Positions 39,266 to 52,845 of a DNA stretch of 64,000 nucleotides are shown here, one piece after another. How positions within the stretch are numbered: position 1 is the stretch's first letter; each line of letters opens with the position of its first letter. This DNA comes from Leucoraja ocellata. Lineage: Eukaryota. The stretch is taken from the NCBI GenBank assembly GCA_036785375.1, contig JAWMAR010001507.1, positions 186,001 through 250,000 of the forward strand, in the 5' to 3' direction. The position numbers and the translations under genes are program-made. Below the pieces are notes generated by a model. The model was given only the letters and a program-made list of their open reading frames with translations, was not told the DNA's origin and did not search any database.

Positions 39266-39317
39266 CTGAAGGCGGCCGCTTGCGGCTGAGCCGGCTGACA
39301 GCCTTGGACATGAACAT
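39266..39317 (-). CDS. RGS10: RGS10 coding exon 1 (MFMSKAVSRLSRKRPPS)
   Basis: 52 nt, phase 1; Kozak gggaccATG; donor CAG|gtaggt; human long isoform begins MFNRAVSRLSRKRPPS. Confidence 0.95.
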
Positions 39318-41069
39318 GGTCCCGGCCCCGGGACTGTGCTCCTTCCCTCTCTTCTCCCTTCCCTCTCTTGATCAGCGACTCGACTCACTGAAGCGCAAAA
39401 GTGTGCATCTTCCTCCTCCCCTCAGCCGGCAAGTGACAGGGGCTTCCTGTACTAGTTGCACTTAATTCCCAACGCATCACAGGTTCAGCCCTCGCAATAC
39501 ATTGACACCCCGGCTGCTACTGAAAGAACAGGAAGAGAGAGAGAGAGAGAAAGAGGCAGATCAAAGAAAGGAAATGCCAGTGTGTCATGAGATCAACTGC
39601 CTGAAAGCATGTCCATTCTTCTTCCTCTTGCTGTGCACGAAACCCCACTACCCTGTGCCGGTTTCTTCGAAAAGACCAGGCATCTGGGAAGATGCGCTTT
39701 CTTTTGCATAAAAAACACTTGAAATACTCAAATCCTGGGGTAAGTTGTGCAAAAAAAACAGCCTCTGTCCAAGATGGGAGTGGCAACGTTTAATTGCAAT
39801 AAGTCATTCTTTGGTCGTTCTGCATAGTATAGACCGCGAGGCAGATGTCCATTCGTCCCGAGTCCATCAATGAGCCGGTCTTTATGCTCTCCTCCGCATC
39901 TACCTTCACCAGATAGTTTGCAGTGGTTTCATGTGAGGGCATCTATCGAGGGCAATCAAATGAGTTCCTATCGAGGGCAATCAAATGCCAGCGAAGTCCA
40001 AGTGCTGAAAAGTGAAAAAAATACCAGCCTTAACCTTCTTTTCAAAGGAAAATACAAAGTGTTGGAGAAACTCAGCGGGTCAGATAGCTTCTCCAGGAGG
40101 ACGTGGATAGGCGAGTTTTTTATTTGGCCTGGACGCTTCTTAAAACTTCTATTAAATTTTACATTATTTATCCATCCAGTTTCCCCTTAAATGTATCTCT
40201 GCTGATCACTAAAACCGTTTCATGTTATAAATGCTTTCATTTCCTCATTACCCAGTGAGTAAAGAAGTTTCTCCTGAATTCCCCGTTAGCTTTTTAGAAA
40301 CAAGGAACTGCAGATGCTGGTTAATACGCAAAATGACAAAAAGGTCAGACAACATTTCTGGAGAACATGGATATGAAACCATTCTTCAGATTGGGTCTGA
40401 ATATAATGTTAACCCGCATTACCCAAAAGGTAGAATTCAAAATTGGGGAATTTATCAAATGATTCTTTCAGTAGCCCAGCTCAATTCCATGATCACAGCC
40501 AGGTTACTGCACACAACATTCGTCAGCTTATTTACAGAACAATATATCTGTCTTGAAGCAGGTGTTGAAGTATGATGGTGTTGAAGATTGAAGCTTTTGA
40601 GGAATATTTAAAATTAGCTATATTTTCTGGAGTTTAAAAAAAAAGAGATGATCTCATTGAAACAAGATCCTAGGAAGGGTTAACAAAGTAGAATTCATGA
40701 GGTTGTTTCTTCTGACGTGGGTCTCAAAATAAAGGGCCCACCATTTAAGGAATCTAATCTTTCAAAAGATTATTTTCTACCACTGAAAGCTGTAAGTCAG
40801 TGAGGATGTTCAAAGATAAAATAGATGTTTACACTCTGGGTGAATTAAGAGTAATGGGAGCTAGTAAGAAAAGTGGAAACCAGTGATCAGATCAGCCATG
40901 CTCTCATTGAATGGTGGAGGAAGCTTTAGAAGACTACTTCCACGGAGGTACTCTGTCTAATCAAGTAAAACCCGTCAAAAGTCTAAAGATCCCCATTAAG
41001 TCACCCTCAATCTTCACTTTCCGAGGGAAAACTTCATTTTTCCACGAGCAGTAGCTCTACTCAATAACC

Positions 41070-41268
41070 AAAAGTCTGTAGCCTCCTTTTGCTCTGGTAT
41101 TTTATTTCATTCACATGTTTAAACTATAATGTTTTTTTCTTAATGTTTTAATGTTTTATTCTTAATTGTTTACTGTATGTCATGTTGTTACTTGCGAGTG
41201 GAGCACCAAGGCAAATTCCTTGTATGTGTACATACTGTACTTGGCCAATAAACTTATTCATTCATTCA
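41070..41268 (+). mobile_element. LINE 3' tail with (ATTC)n end
   Basis: ggagcaccaaggcaaattccttgtatgtg...ttggccaataaacttattcattcattc; reverse copy at 18505-18595. Confidence 0.7.
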
Positions 41269-42532
41269 AAAGAGACAACACTTTGTTCACATTTTCCTGA
41301 TAGACAAGAAATTCTGGTATTATCTTTGTAAATTATATTTATACCTTCTCTGCTGTCTCAATTTCCTTTCACAACATAGCACTCAATGTGAGCTAACTAA
41401 AGCTTTACCGTAAATTTTTGCTTTTCAATTTTCTCCCTGTAGGAGTAAGCCCCATGCTTGATTACATACTATGCATGTGGTGTGAGATGTTCCAATGATA
41501 ACCTCCTGAACTACTGTTATAGCCTGTTTCCATTATAACACTAATCACATTTAAAATAGATTTCAATGTAATTATCCGATGTTCCATTCCATTCTGAATT
41601 TGTCAGTCATTCATTTGGTGTCTGTGTGCTAAATATTAGAGGCTATTGTGGTAAAGGTCCTGTTTCTGGTCTGTTTTCAGATAATATAACCCTTCCCCAA
41701 CATGTGTTAACAAGAAGAAAAAATAACTTGTTTCTATATGGTGTTTTTTATATCCTTTTTGGAATGTGCTTTACTGGCATTTATTAACTTACAAGCTGCT
41801 CAAGTATAAGTAATATTCAAGCACCATGAAGAAATAGATGCCTGAAAGGAACTTGTTTAGGTACAGACAGGGAAATAAGATTGCCCGTCTTATTGTGAGA
41901 ATACTCCGATCAATGTTAAAAAGTGGAATCAATTGAGGAATGTGGCCTCATCTTCACGGTATGGTTCTTTTAAACAACTATCACACATGCTGCTCATGGT
42001 GGAGGAAACAAAGAATTGATGGCTGGCCACTTAATATCATGGGCATTAATTGTCATCATAAATGTACAACTGGATTAAAAGTACTGAAACATTTGTCAGG
42101 AGTTGAACATTGAGTTATTGGCACTAGGACTGATAATGAAAACAAAAACAAATTAGAGTAAATTTAATTATTTTACATCTCGTACCCATGTTCTTTAAAG
42201 AGTTTCAAAATCTATTGGTAGCATCATTTAGATCATGTCTTTGGGAGTGCAAAGGCTGACAAAGAAGCAACATTAATGATAACATTGGCAAAGGAAGCTG
42301 AATTGTAAGTTTTAGTTGGGGTTATGCAAAATTATATCAATGAAAATTGCATTCATAATTGGCTACTGGTTACATAGTTAAACTATGTACAACGTGGGTA
42401 ACATGGGATGTTCTCCTGAGATGCTGCTTGACCCGCTGAGCTACTCCAGCACTCCGTGTCCTCCCATGGGTAACATAGTACCTATAATATGAGCTTTGCA
42501 GAAATCTTTAACCTGTTGTTCAACGAGATTCG

Positions 42533-42765
42533 TGTAGGATGGAACCGAAGATAGGCACAAAATGCTGGTGTAACTCAACGGGACAGGCAGCATCTCCGGA
42601 GAGAAGGAATGGGTGATGTTTCGGGTTAAAGCCCTTCTTCAGACTGAGAGCCACAGAAGATGGAGTCTAGAGATTTGGAAGGGAGTCTCGACCCAAAACA
42701 TCACTTCTGTCCAGAGATGCTGCCTGTCCCGCTGAGTTACTCCAACATTTTGTGTCCATCTGGCT
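42533..42765. mobile_element. PLE-derived foldback element
   Basis: Inverted arms of the same family; minus-strand hammerhead-like core at about 42615-42642. Confidence 0.7.
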
Positions 42766-45702
42766 TAAGGGAAAGAATATAAATTTCCTTGGAGAGATGC
42801 ATAATGGAGCAGATTGAGACTTCATCTCTTGAATCAATTCTCTAGAACGTTCCATGTAGCACACACACTGACACCAAAACTTACCATATATCCCTGAGCA
42901 CTCGGACTAGTTCTGGAGAAGTTGGCTTTGATTTTGGAGCATAGATGGAGAGCAAGAAATGGAAAGCAGAAACTTTATGAGAGAATTTGGAAGACAGAAA
43001 ATATAACAGTTGCACAGTTAAGTTACTGGGTTAAATCTTGAGGTAGAGACCATTGATCCAAAACATGACTGAATCTTGCTACAGCAACTGCAATTTTTAA
43101 ATTAAATATGAACTATTGAATCACTCTATCTTTAAAAAAAAGTCTAATTAATGGGAAGAATATAAAAACAAATCTAGTTTACCAGTGTTCTTCCAGGAAG
43201 GACGTTGACCATCCTTATCCACTCCAGCTAATATTACTACAGATTTATTAATGTGGTTGACCCTTAAAGTACCTTCTCAGGTCATGCAATATTAGGTATG
43301 GACCGCAAGAAATGATAGAATAAGAATTTCTTGTTAGAGCAGATTTAAATTCTTTAATTTCAGTGCTCACACGATTTTATACTATATTTTTAAATTCTGG
43401 GGATAATATTGAAAAGATCTAGAACAAAGTCAAGTGAAACATTTTGAAACAAGTGAAACTGTCACTTTGGCCCACCAGAGGAACACATTATCTTCCTTTC
43501 TGACTTATGTCAGGACCCATTTTAGTTATCATGAAGCTAAACTTACTATAGCCCAAAAAATACCAGTCATAAAAAAAGAACATACTCAACTCAAAATGTT
43601 GACTGTCCAAGTCCCTCCACATATGCTGTTTGACCCACTGAGTTCTTCCTGTTGCTCTTTTTTGCTTTGGTATAAATTCCAGCATCTAGTTTCTTGTGCC
43701 TCCAACTTATCATTGTATCTCCTTTGGTCACATTTTAATAAACCTGCTGTAATCTTGGTTTATTTCTGGTTTAATGACTATCTCATTTAATCAGATCTAA
43801 TTTATTTGACTTACTGTGACATGTAAATCTATTGAGTTCAGACAGGTTTTAGATTTTGTTTTGGCTATGTATGACTTTGAATATTTAATCAACTGAAATT
43901 ACCTTTAAATGCCATTTTTGCGATGAATATTTCTAAAACAGGGTTCTGAAGTAACACAAAATTAGAAGAATGTAACACATGATTCCATTGCTGGAGTTCA
44001 CTTCCTCTTTCAAGCAGAAACTTGCTTCAGAACTCAAAGCACGGTAGTTTCTGTAAAATTTCCTTTGTGGTTTCAGTGCCATGGCTTAATATAGTTGTGT
44101 TGATTGTCTTGCATATTCTTAAACAAATTTCAAGAATGTATGATATTCCCATCACCACACTGTACAGTTAAAACAAATTTTCATTTAAAGTTAAAACAAT
44201 GTTTAATTCAACGTCTTTTAAAATCGTTGTAAATGTGTCATTGTGCAAAATACTGATGATCTGGTGGCTTAAAGCACTTCAAGGCATTTTGTAGTTTTGA
44301 TGGGCTAGTTCAGGCTTGCTCAGCTCACGAAACAATGGCACGTCAGAACATTAAACAGCTGTTAACTCATTTCAAAAATCTTTTTTCATGGGTCTTAAAG
44401 ATCTATTTTTAACTTATGTAACAACATATCAGCACATTGCTAATAACATTAATTTCATTTTTCTTTAACACTAACTCTGCTTCCAAAATATCTATTTCTC
44501 ATAAATCATCCTGTAGTGAGAATAATTGATAATCTTCAAAATCTGAATCTTGGGCAAATAATAAGCTTGTATCCTCTATGTCATAAGATTCATAGTGCTT
44601 ACATGGTTTTATAATTAAATATCAATGCACAGATATTATATCACAATGGAGGTTGGCCACATTTCTATTCTATTAAAAGTTTAATTGGAATTCTCAGACA
44701 ATATTACCAAGACAGATAGAGGATCAACCAGCACCTTTCTGTTATTGATGGTTATTAGTAATAATCCATGAAGTGTATACACATGCATTGACAATTATCT
44801 TAGACTAAAACACAACTCCCAAAAGAAAATACCAAACTTGTGAGTTTTCTAAATATCAACATGTGGATTTAAACCCACATTTTCTTTCATACCAGATCAA
44901 AACAATTGAATAAAACCTACAACCGTTAAAAAAATATGCAAATATGCTGTAGACATCCACAATCTTGATTAAAACAAGATGATGATAGGTGTGTTATGTT
45001 TCCATGTTTGCAATGTCACATATGGTCTCAAAAAAGGGAAAATGTATTTTAAATGTAAATCAGGACAGTAAATAGAAACTGATTTGTTGTGCACTCAATG
45101 TTTAGAAAATTTGCAGCACCATAATCATTCTAGTGCACAAAATTATAAAAACAAATTATGCACATTAAAGGACACAAAATTTCAAAGAACATAAATTATT
45201 AGTGGGATAAGTGGCACATCGATAGAAACCTGACATGTGGCCACACATTTTCCAAGGATAGTGAGGTCTAAACTCATACTCCCCCTTGTTACCTCGTGCT
45301 GCTGCTATACACAAAACATTTAATTGCAGAAATAATCAAGTTTCTCTCAATAATTCTTTGTCCACCCCCAGGGTGTGCTATTTTAGTCTTTTCCAGCACT
45401 TTGAAGCATAATCAGCATTCAAATATTAAATGTTGTTGCATGAAGTGTATGCAAGTCTTTAATGCTGTGCTGAGCCTTAATTGCTGTTTAATGAAGCCAC
45501 TGGTCTGTAAAAAGATATGTATATGTGAATTATAAAACCATCAGAAGAATATTTCAAAATACAATATATTTTAATATAGTTTATAGGTTTTGGAGATTTG
45601 TGGATATTTCAGTGTTTTAGTTTCATGTGCATGAATTCGTTTTATATTCATCTTAAAAAAAATTTAAGGATTTGTTAACAATTTGTCCATTTTACTTTGT
45701 GG

Positions 45703-46029
45703 TTTAGGTTAGTTTTGTTTAGTTCAGCGGTACAGCATTGAAACGGGCCCTTCGGCGCACCAAATTCATTCTGACCATCTATTCACACTAGTTCTGTTAT
45801 CTCACTTTCGCATCTATTCTCGACACACTAGGAGTGATTTACAGAGGCCAATGAACCTACAAACCAGCATGTTGTTGGGTTGTGGGAAGAAACCGGAGCA
45901 CCCGAATGAAACCCACGCAGTCACAGCGAGAATGTACAAACTCCACACTGACAACACCCAGTCGGGATCAAACCCAGGTCTCTCGCTCTGTGAGCCAGCA
46001 GCTCTACCAGCTGTGTCACTGGGCCGCCC
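45703..46029 (-). mobile_element. Near full-length HE1/V-SINE
   Basis: Minus strand starts gggcggcccagtgacacagctggtagagctgctg, has a B-box-like gggtttgatcc, a V-domain and a (ctaaa)n-like tail. Confidence 0.87.
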
Positions 46030-46656
46030 TACCATTTTGCTGTCTATGGGAATTTCCCTGTGTGATTGGCATCTCGGTCAACTTGATAACATTTCTGTTG
46101 CCAGATGTCTGAAAATTCTTTGAGCAGCTGCCTGACAGGAATTGATGTTGTATATCAGTAGGCTTTTATTGCCAGCATTTTCCAGACAAGGGTGAACAGA
46201 TACTTTATTTTAACAATGTCATGATCAATCTTTCTTGGTGACCCAAACTTGGTGCATTCACTCCCTCAGTGGATAGAACAATAACATGGATTTCTGAATG
46301 ATAAAACAAACCGGCAATAAAGATTTTTTGGCTGTTGCACTTTCATTTTTAAGGTGAAAAATGATATCCTAAGAGATTTGGATTGTAAGCATGATCAGAG
46401 AGAAAGCACAGAATCCATCTAGTCCTGAGAAACATTTGAGACAGGCACCAAATATATTAACTAGTGTTATCTTATACATATGGGACCATGCCCTATGTAA
46501 ATAAGCAGGTCTACTTGTCTATGATTGCGATGGCTACACTGCAAAAACAAATCCACTGGCCATGGAGAAATCCTGGAGCGTCTGGTAATATAATCAGTGC
46601 AAAATAAAGATGCCAATTATTTTCTTTCGCTGACCAGCAGCCAATATGAAGGAACC

Positions 46657-46759
46657 TTGCATCAGTCTGAAGAAGGGTTTCGGCCCGAAACGTCGCCCAT
46701 TTCCTTCGCTCCATAGATGCTGCTGCACCCGCTGAGTTTCTCCAGCAATTTTGTGTACC
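46657..46759 (+). mobile_element. PLE pLTR fragment with intact minimal hammerhead core
   Basis: CTGAAGA-A-GGGT(TTCG)GCCC-GAAA-CGTC at 46667-46694; 12-bp flanking duplication with 1 mismatch at 46645-46656 and 46760-46771. Confidence 0.75.
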
Positions 46760-49700
46760 TATGAAGAAACCATATCCTGGATATGAAGCAGTGGAAAATC
46801 TGTTGGGAATCCATCAAGGTAGAGAACTGTAAGGTGGGATGGCTAACATTACTGATACAATTGAATTTTCTTTTGTATTTAGGATTGATTTTTTGTTTAT
46901 TATTGCACTCTAGGTGAGCATTCCATTATAGATAAACAGTCCACAGCTTTATTCTGCCTCAAAAATAATGTTAGAATCTGGATTAGGTGCATTGGTTAAT
47001 GTTTAATGAAAATAATCTAAAGTAGAAAGTCATTTTACTTAATTGACTCTGAACATTTAAGCTTTGTTCACACGTTTCCATTCACTGCAGCTATAGTGCT
47101 AACATATGGATATATGGAAGGGCTATACCTATATCACAACATAGGTGTAGAAAACAAAATTACAAAACACGATGAGTCAAAAACTGAAGAAATTGCATTT
47201 CGGAGGGAATTTCAATTTTGTTCTCGGGCAGTGCTTTTTATTCCTTCTGCCATGGAATGTAGAGAATTGAGGAAAAATTAGATTGATTAAAATATGCAGG
47301 AAGTGATATATCTGTACTTTATAACTAATCTAAATGTGTTGGTTTCAGTGATCTAAGACTGCACCGGCATCTTTTACTCTAGTTTCATTGAGTATGTTGG
47401 CTTCATTGTCCATGTTGCCATGACAACATGAGCTGGTATTGTACCCCTATAATCATATGCATGGATATCCTTTCCATGTCCTTTTCTGCAACACAATAAC
47501 CGGCGAACTACTGTGTTGCAAAAAGCTAACCTAAAACTATTTCTGAAGGAATTCTCATCAAAAACCAGTTTCATTTCACATTTCCTTCTTTATGTGTTCA
47601 AATCAAGAGTCAATAAAAAGTTTTGTTTTGTAATATCTTGGCAATTCTTTCCTCCAACATTGCTGCATTTACGTGCATGTTGTTATGGATCACTTCTATT
47701 ATATTCAGAACCATCTGTACAAAGTAGTTTGCAGATTTGCTCCGAGCAAATAAAATAGGCAGACTTAAAAAGAAAAATGTAAAAATGAAGAAGCATCTTC
47801 AATTCATCAAACTTGGTGTTAATGCATAAATTCTAAAAGAGCAATTTAACCCGGAAATATGGAAACAATAATAAATGAGGAAAACTACTTTACAAAAAGG
47901 CTGGGCAAAATGAGAGGAAGATGCCATTATTGTTTTGTTTTGGACGGCAACGATATTTGAGAGAGGCACAATGAAGGCAATACTACAAATCTAACATTTT
48001 GCATGAAATTTTAATAGGATCACATTTGTATTTTCACTAAACAGATAATCTATTTCATCTCAATTGGCTGTTTGTTGAAGATTACATTGTGCAAATATCC
48101 GAGGAGCTTCCTACATTACAACCCAAAGTCTAATTGGAAACGAAGAGCTATGCTTGTAAAAGGAATTGTACAACTGTAAGTTTTATTAAGTTATTTCTTT
48201 TCCCACCAATGTGGCCTGAACTACTGAACATTTCTGGTATTTTATATTTTTTATTTCACTTCTCCTCCAGTTCTGTGGGTTTCAAATTGCCTAATACGTC
48301 TGAAGTATCCTGACCCAAAACATTGTTTGTCCATTCCTGCCACAGATGCTACCTGGCCCATGATTCCTCCAGCAGTTTAGTATTTGCTCAAGATTCCAGC
48401 ATCTGTAGTTTCTTGTGTCTCGTGATGGATGTGCCCCAACCTAAAATGGTCTGTCTTTTCCCTCCACAAATGGTCAGGTCCACAGACTCTAGAAGGAGGA
48501 TGGTTTGGGAGATGTTGCACTCTATCCAATTTATTTTAGTCTTTTGTGTCCATAATTGACTCTTGGTAGTCAATGCCATTGTGAATGGTCCTTCATTTTG
48601 AAGTCAAAGGCCAGGAATTCTCATGAGTTGATATGCTTTTCACCAAGGAGCCATTACGAACATTTTAAAACTTTACCTCTGTCACCTGCAAGCTCATGCT
48701 GTGCCAGCAGTAGGAAAATCGCATGCTTATTTTAAACTTCAGACAACTACATACCAAGTTCACGTAATGCCATTTTACAGGTCACACATTGGACTGAAAT
48801 AATGCAATCAACTTGCAGAATAACACTGCGGGTGAAAACCGACATCGGAAAAATAAAATCAACACCAGTTTCCAGCTTTCATCTGAATGTCGTGACGATA
48901 ACTATAATCGTATAAAAATCAAACCAAAATGATTTATTTTCATTTGGTTTTATTTTAAATATTAATCATCGTAATTGAAACTTATTTGAAAGTTATGATT
49001 CATTAATGCAAAACCCAGACGGATCACTGGCATTTTCTCCGATGAGCCCCACCTTAATACATTACCTTAAAGTAAATCCCCAATTCTTCTGATCACCTAG
49101 GTTTATGAGAATACGTTGAATAATATTCCCCAAAATATTGGAAGTTGAATGATAACTTAATCAAGACATTAGAAATTATATTCAGTTGGATAGATGGAAA
49201 ATTCAGAAAATTTATGCTAAATAATTGGTGCCAAACTATTCAATGGTAAAATTGGGAAACATTTATCCTCAAAGAACAGCACAACTATGAAACTCTTCTA
49301 TAACCACCCCAAAGATACAAGGGTGACGGGTCAATGTTTTCATATTCATTAGAGAAAACAGAACAATTTGACAGAAAGCAAATCGATGAAACGTGCTTGA
49401 AAATATACAAAAATAGAGGTTCAATAGCTTGAGTTTGTAAGCCAGAAAGTTCTAACCACAAATCCAAGAAATAAACATTCCTACTGTACACAGATGTTGA
49501 GATATTCATCATCCTACCATTAACTAGCCAGTGCAAATTAGAAATGTCCAAGCAAATGCACCTATGAACAATGAATGAATGAGCCAAGACGAGTCATATT
49601 CCTATATGCAAAAGCTAACTGGAAAAAATAGGTGTGATTATGAAATCAAAAGCAGATAATATCGAAAGCTCTGCACAATTAGCACGGTCTTACAGATATA

Positions 49701-50479
49701 AAACTAGCTACATTATCCAGTTGTGTAAACAAAAACAGCAATTGAACAATGCCTTTAACAATTGACAGCTATAAAGTTGTGCTTGTTACCTTGCACAACA
49801 ATTAATGTAGTATCTACAAGTATCATAGACTATCAGTGACAGAATTGTTTATTGATATGAAATATAAAATATGGAATAAGTGAAACTGCCACAATTAAGG
49901 TTGAGGACTATAGAATTGATGCAAATCAGCACAATGTAATTGAAGGACTTAAGGGTTGAATAATCTACTATTTTTCAAATGTTGCTTAATTTCCTAACCA
50001 CTGCAAAACAATGGTTTTCTATAGAAAGGGAATACTGCTTTCCTTCTTGTGTCTTTGAAATTTTATTCAATGTATTCCACAGTAGGTATTAGACAAGACT
50101 TGAAAATTATGTTAAGCTTCTTTGGGTATTTTAAATGTTGTGTTAGCACGCCAAAAAGCTAGACTTTGTGATTACTATCACCCCTTTTCATAAAAAAAAG
50201 CAGCACAAATTAACCAAAACTGCAGTAATGCATTTGATAATACTTATGTACAATGTGCTGTGTGTTATGGGGGAAAAGGGGAAAAAATGAGTGCCTCTTA
50301 AATAAACAGAACTGATGCAGTTTCAAATAGTTAAATAAAGCACAGCTTTTTAAATATTCTTGATTAATATTTGGTTGTATTTATTTTATGACTGTTGGCA
50401 GATCCTGGGGATAAATAAAGTTCTATCGTATTGTATATGCTGTAGGTCTTGATAAATCTCAGCCATGTAGTTATGGAAC

Positions 50480-50800
50480 TAGTGGAGCTGCTGCCTCCAA
50501 GCTCCAGTGACCCAGGTTCAATCCAGATCTCAGGTGCAATCAGTATGGATTTCATATGCTCTCTGTGGCCTTATCGGTTTCGCTCAGGTACAGTGCTTTC
50601 CTCCAACATCTTGATGACAGTTTGATTGGTTTCTACAAATAACCACATGTGCTGGTGAGTGGTGGAATTAAGTTAGCAGTGGGTGGGGGGGGGAGAGAAC
50701 ATGAAGAGGGCAGCAATAACAGATGGGAATCTGGTGAGAACAAATGCAAATGTGTACGATGATTGGTGCCGTCTCACTGAAGGACCTATTTCTGTGCTCT
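50480..50800 (+). mobile_element. Old HE1/V-SINE
   Basis: ggagctgctgcctccaagctccagtgacccaggttcaatcc head and a decayed V-domain. Confidence 0.65.
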
Positions 50801-51299
50801 ACTTCTAAAAATCCAAACATAAAATAATACTCAACAAAATCAATAGTTCCTAATTCTGTATATTATACTAAATTTACCATTTCCATTCATTCATCTTGCC
50901 TTCAAGTATCAAAGAGCGTTTCAATATTTCGCAATGCAAAATAAATTGACCACAACCAAACTGCAATAATACAGCAGCATCACCATCAGCATGAATTGGG
51001 TGCTGCATAAGGTAGTCTCTTTTAAAGATACTAAAACCTAAGAGCACCAAGAATAAGTGTTTCTCATTTCTGATGCCAGATGATCCAATGTGCTTTGATG
51101 GGACAATTCCATGCTGACAGTCACTTTTTGAAAAAGGTGGCAACGTCTATTCAAATGAAAGTTTAATGATCAGATGAAAGAGATTAAACCCATAAAGTTT
51201 CCAATGATTTTTAAAGCAACTTTCATGATTAATGCAGGTTAGACCGTGCAATCATTAAAAGTGGCTAACCCCATATAAGCAAGACAATCTAACTGGACA

Positions 51300-52845
51300 T
51301 GATAAAATTGTTTTAAAATCATTTTATTTTTAAATACAGAACAAAGTAATCTAGACACAACATTGTCATTTTCTGCATGTATTCATAATCCACCCATTCC
51401 ACACCTAACACTCAAATGAACAAGCCTTTTTTTTTTACAAAGTGAATCGCACCAACATGCAACCACTCAAAAATATCCTTAAAATTAAGTTTTATAAATG
51501 GTACAGATTTTTACACTGCACCAGCAATTAACAAATGGCACATCTTACTGTTAAAATGAAACAGTTGGTTTTGACATGATTTTACATTTTACATTGTTAA
51601 GTTTAGACTTAAAACACTCCAGTGCAGACAGCCTGAAGAAAATATTCAACCTTGCGTTAATTTTATGATTCAAAAATCTTAATGGTTTTAACAAAGCACA
51701 GCAACAGAATTAAAACTAAAAAAAGCACTGAAACTAATCTATATGTCACTAAGTTGCATGAAGAAATAAAATTTAAGGCTTCAGTTTGAAGTTTACTTTG
51801 TATAATTTTACATACCACGTTACTGTAGTAGGGAAGATATATTAACATACTCTTATGAAACAGCCATACACTGCATATTCTGGGCAACTGGCTACATGGG
51901 TTCTGTACAAATGAATTACTTTTATCTTTTAATAGCTAATCAAAACAAAGTAGTTAATTGTGAGATCTATACAGGAGGACATGCTTTGAAAATTATCAGT
52001 ATTAAATGTTCTTTATATAGATATTTACACATGTAACCTACACTCTAAACCCCTTTCCGCAGATGTATGCACGTATGTAGAGTACACCTCTGAAATAACC
52101 AAAACAGTGCAAGGGATGCCAGCAGTCCAAATATTGCCAGTGCTCCCTTTTATAGTTTCCTGATGATGTTTAGAGTGTAGTGCAACCCATTGTTTTTTTA
52201 AATGTTGCTTCCACCAGCGGCTGCTTCTTCCATGCGTTAGATGCTGAAGCTACAGAACCAACTCAAAGCTGAAAGTTGAAAGTAAACTTGAGGCACCTTG
52301 ATCTTTGTCAGTGCACTGGCACTTCCAGATTTAGATATTTTCCAATAAAACAACAGCTAGTCGGTCTGTGGCAATGAGAAATTCACCTTTCTTGTGGTCA
52401 CTGAATATTAAGCTAGGTTTTAGGATACAACGCATTAAAAATCCCTTTATAACAGTATGTAATTAATATTGAGGAATGTTCAAATTAAAAAAGATTGTCA
52501 AAAGTCTTGTTGACATTTTCCCACTAACACTGCATTTATTTTTAAATTCAGACAGAAAAGCACTTCATTTTCAAAATAAATTCATCATTCTCGATTACTT
52601 CGCTCTTCAAAAACCAATTAACAGATTATATATTCCCACCTCCCCAGACCCTCCCCATCCCAGAGCAAAAAGGAACTGGGAAATACTTCACATCCTCCAC
52701 CATGAGCTCAGCTGCGATATAATTTTTTAAAATATTCAGCTCTAAAATAAATAGTCTATATTTTGTTCATGGTGTCAGTGAACATTGATGTCATTAGAAA
52801 AATCTGGGCTCCTCTTTGCTTGAGGTAAACAGAATGAGTCCCCGC
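51300..52845 (-). other. TIAL1: TIAL1 3' UTR (distal end uncertain)
   Basis: Repeat-free AU-rich stretch after the stop codon; minus-strand AATAAA at 52535-52540 and 51323-51328. Confidence 0.65.

Larger units (their letters stand above)
38690..39450. promoter_or_regulatory. RGS10: CpG island / RGS10 promoter and first exon region
   Basis: The only non-repeat GC- and CpG-rich block in the window; spans the RGS10 start codon; several GGGCGG boxes. Confidence 0.85.

Noticed and set aside
38550-39465. Several 110-165 aa ORFs on both strands over the CpG island
   Set aside because: GC-rich shadow ORFs; only the first 52 nt of 38823..39317 are coding (RGS10 exon 1).
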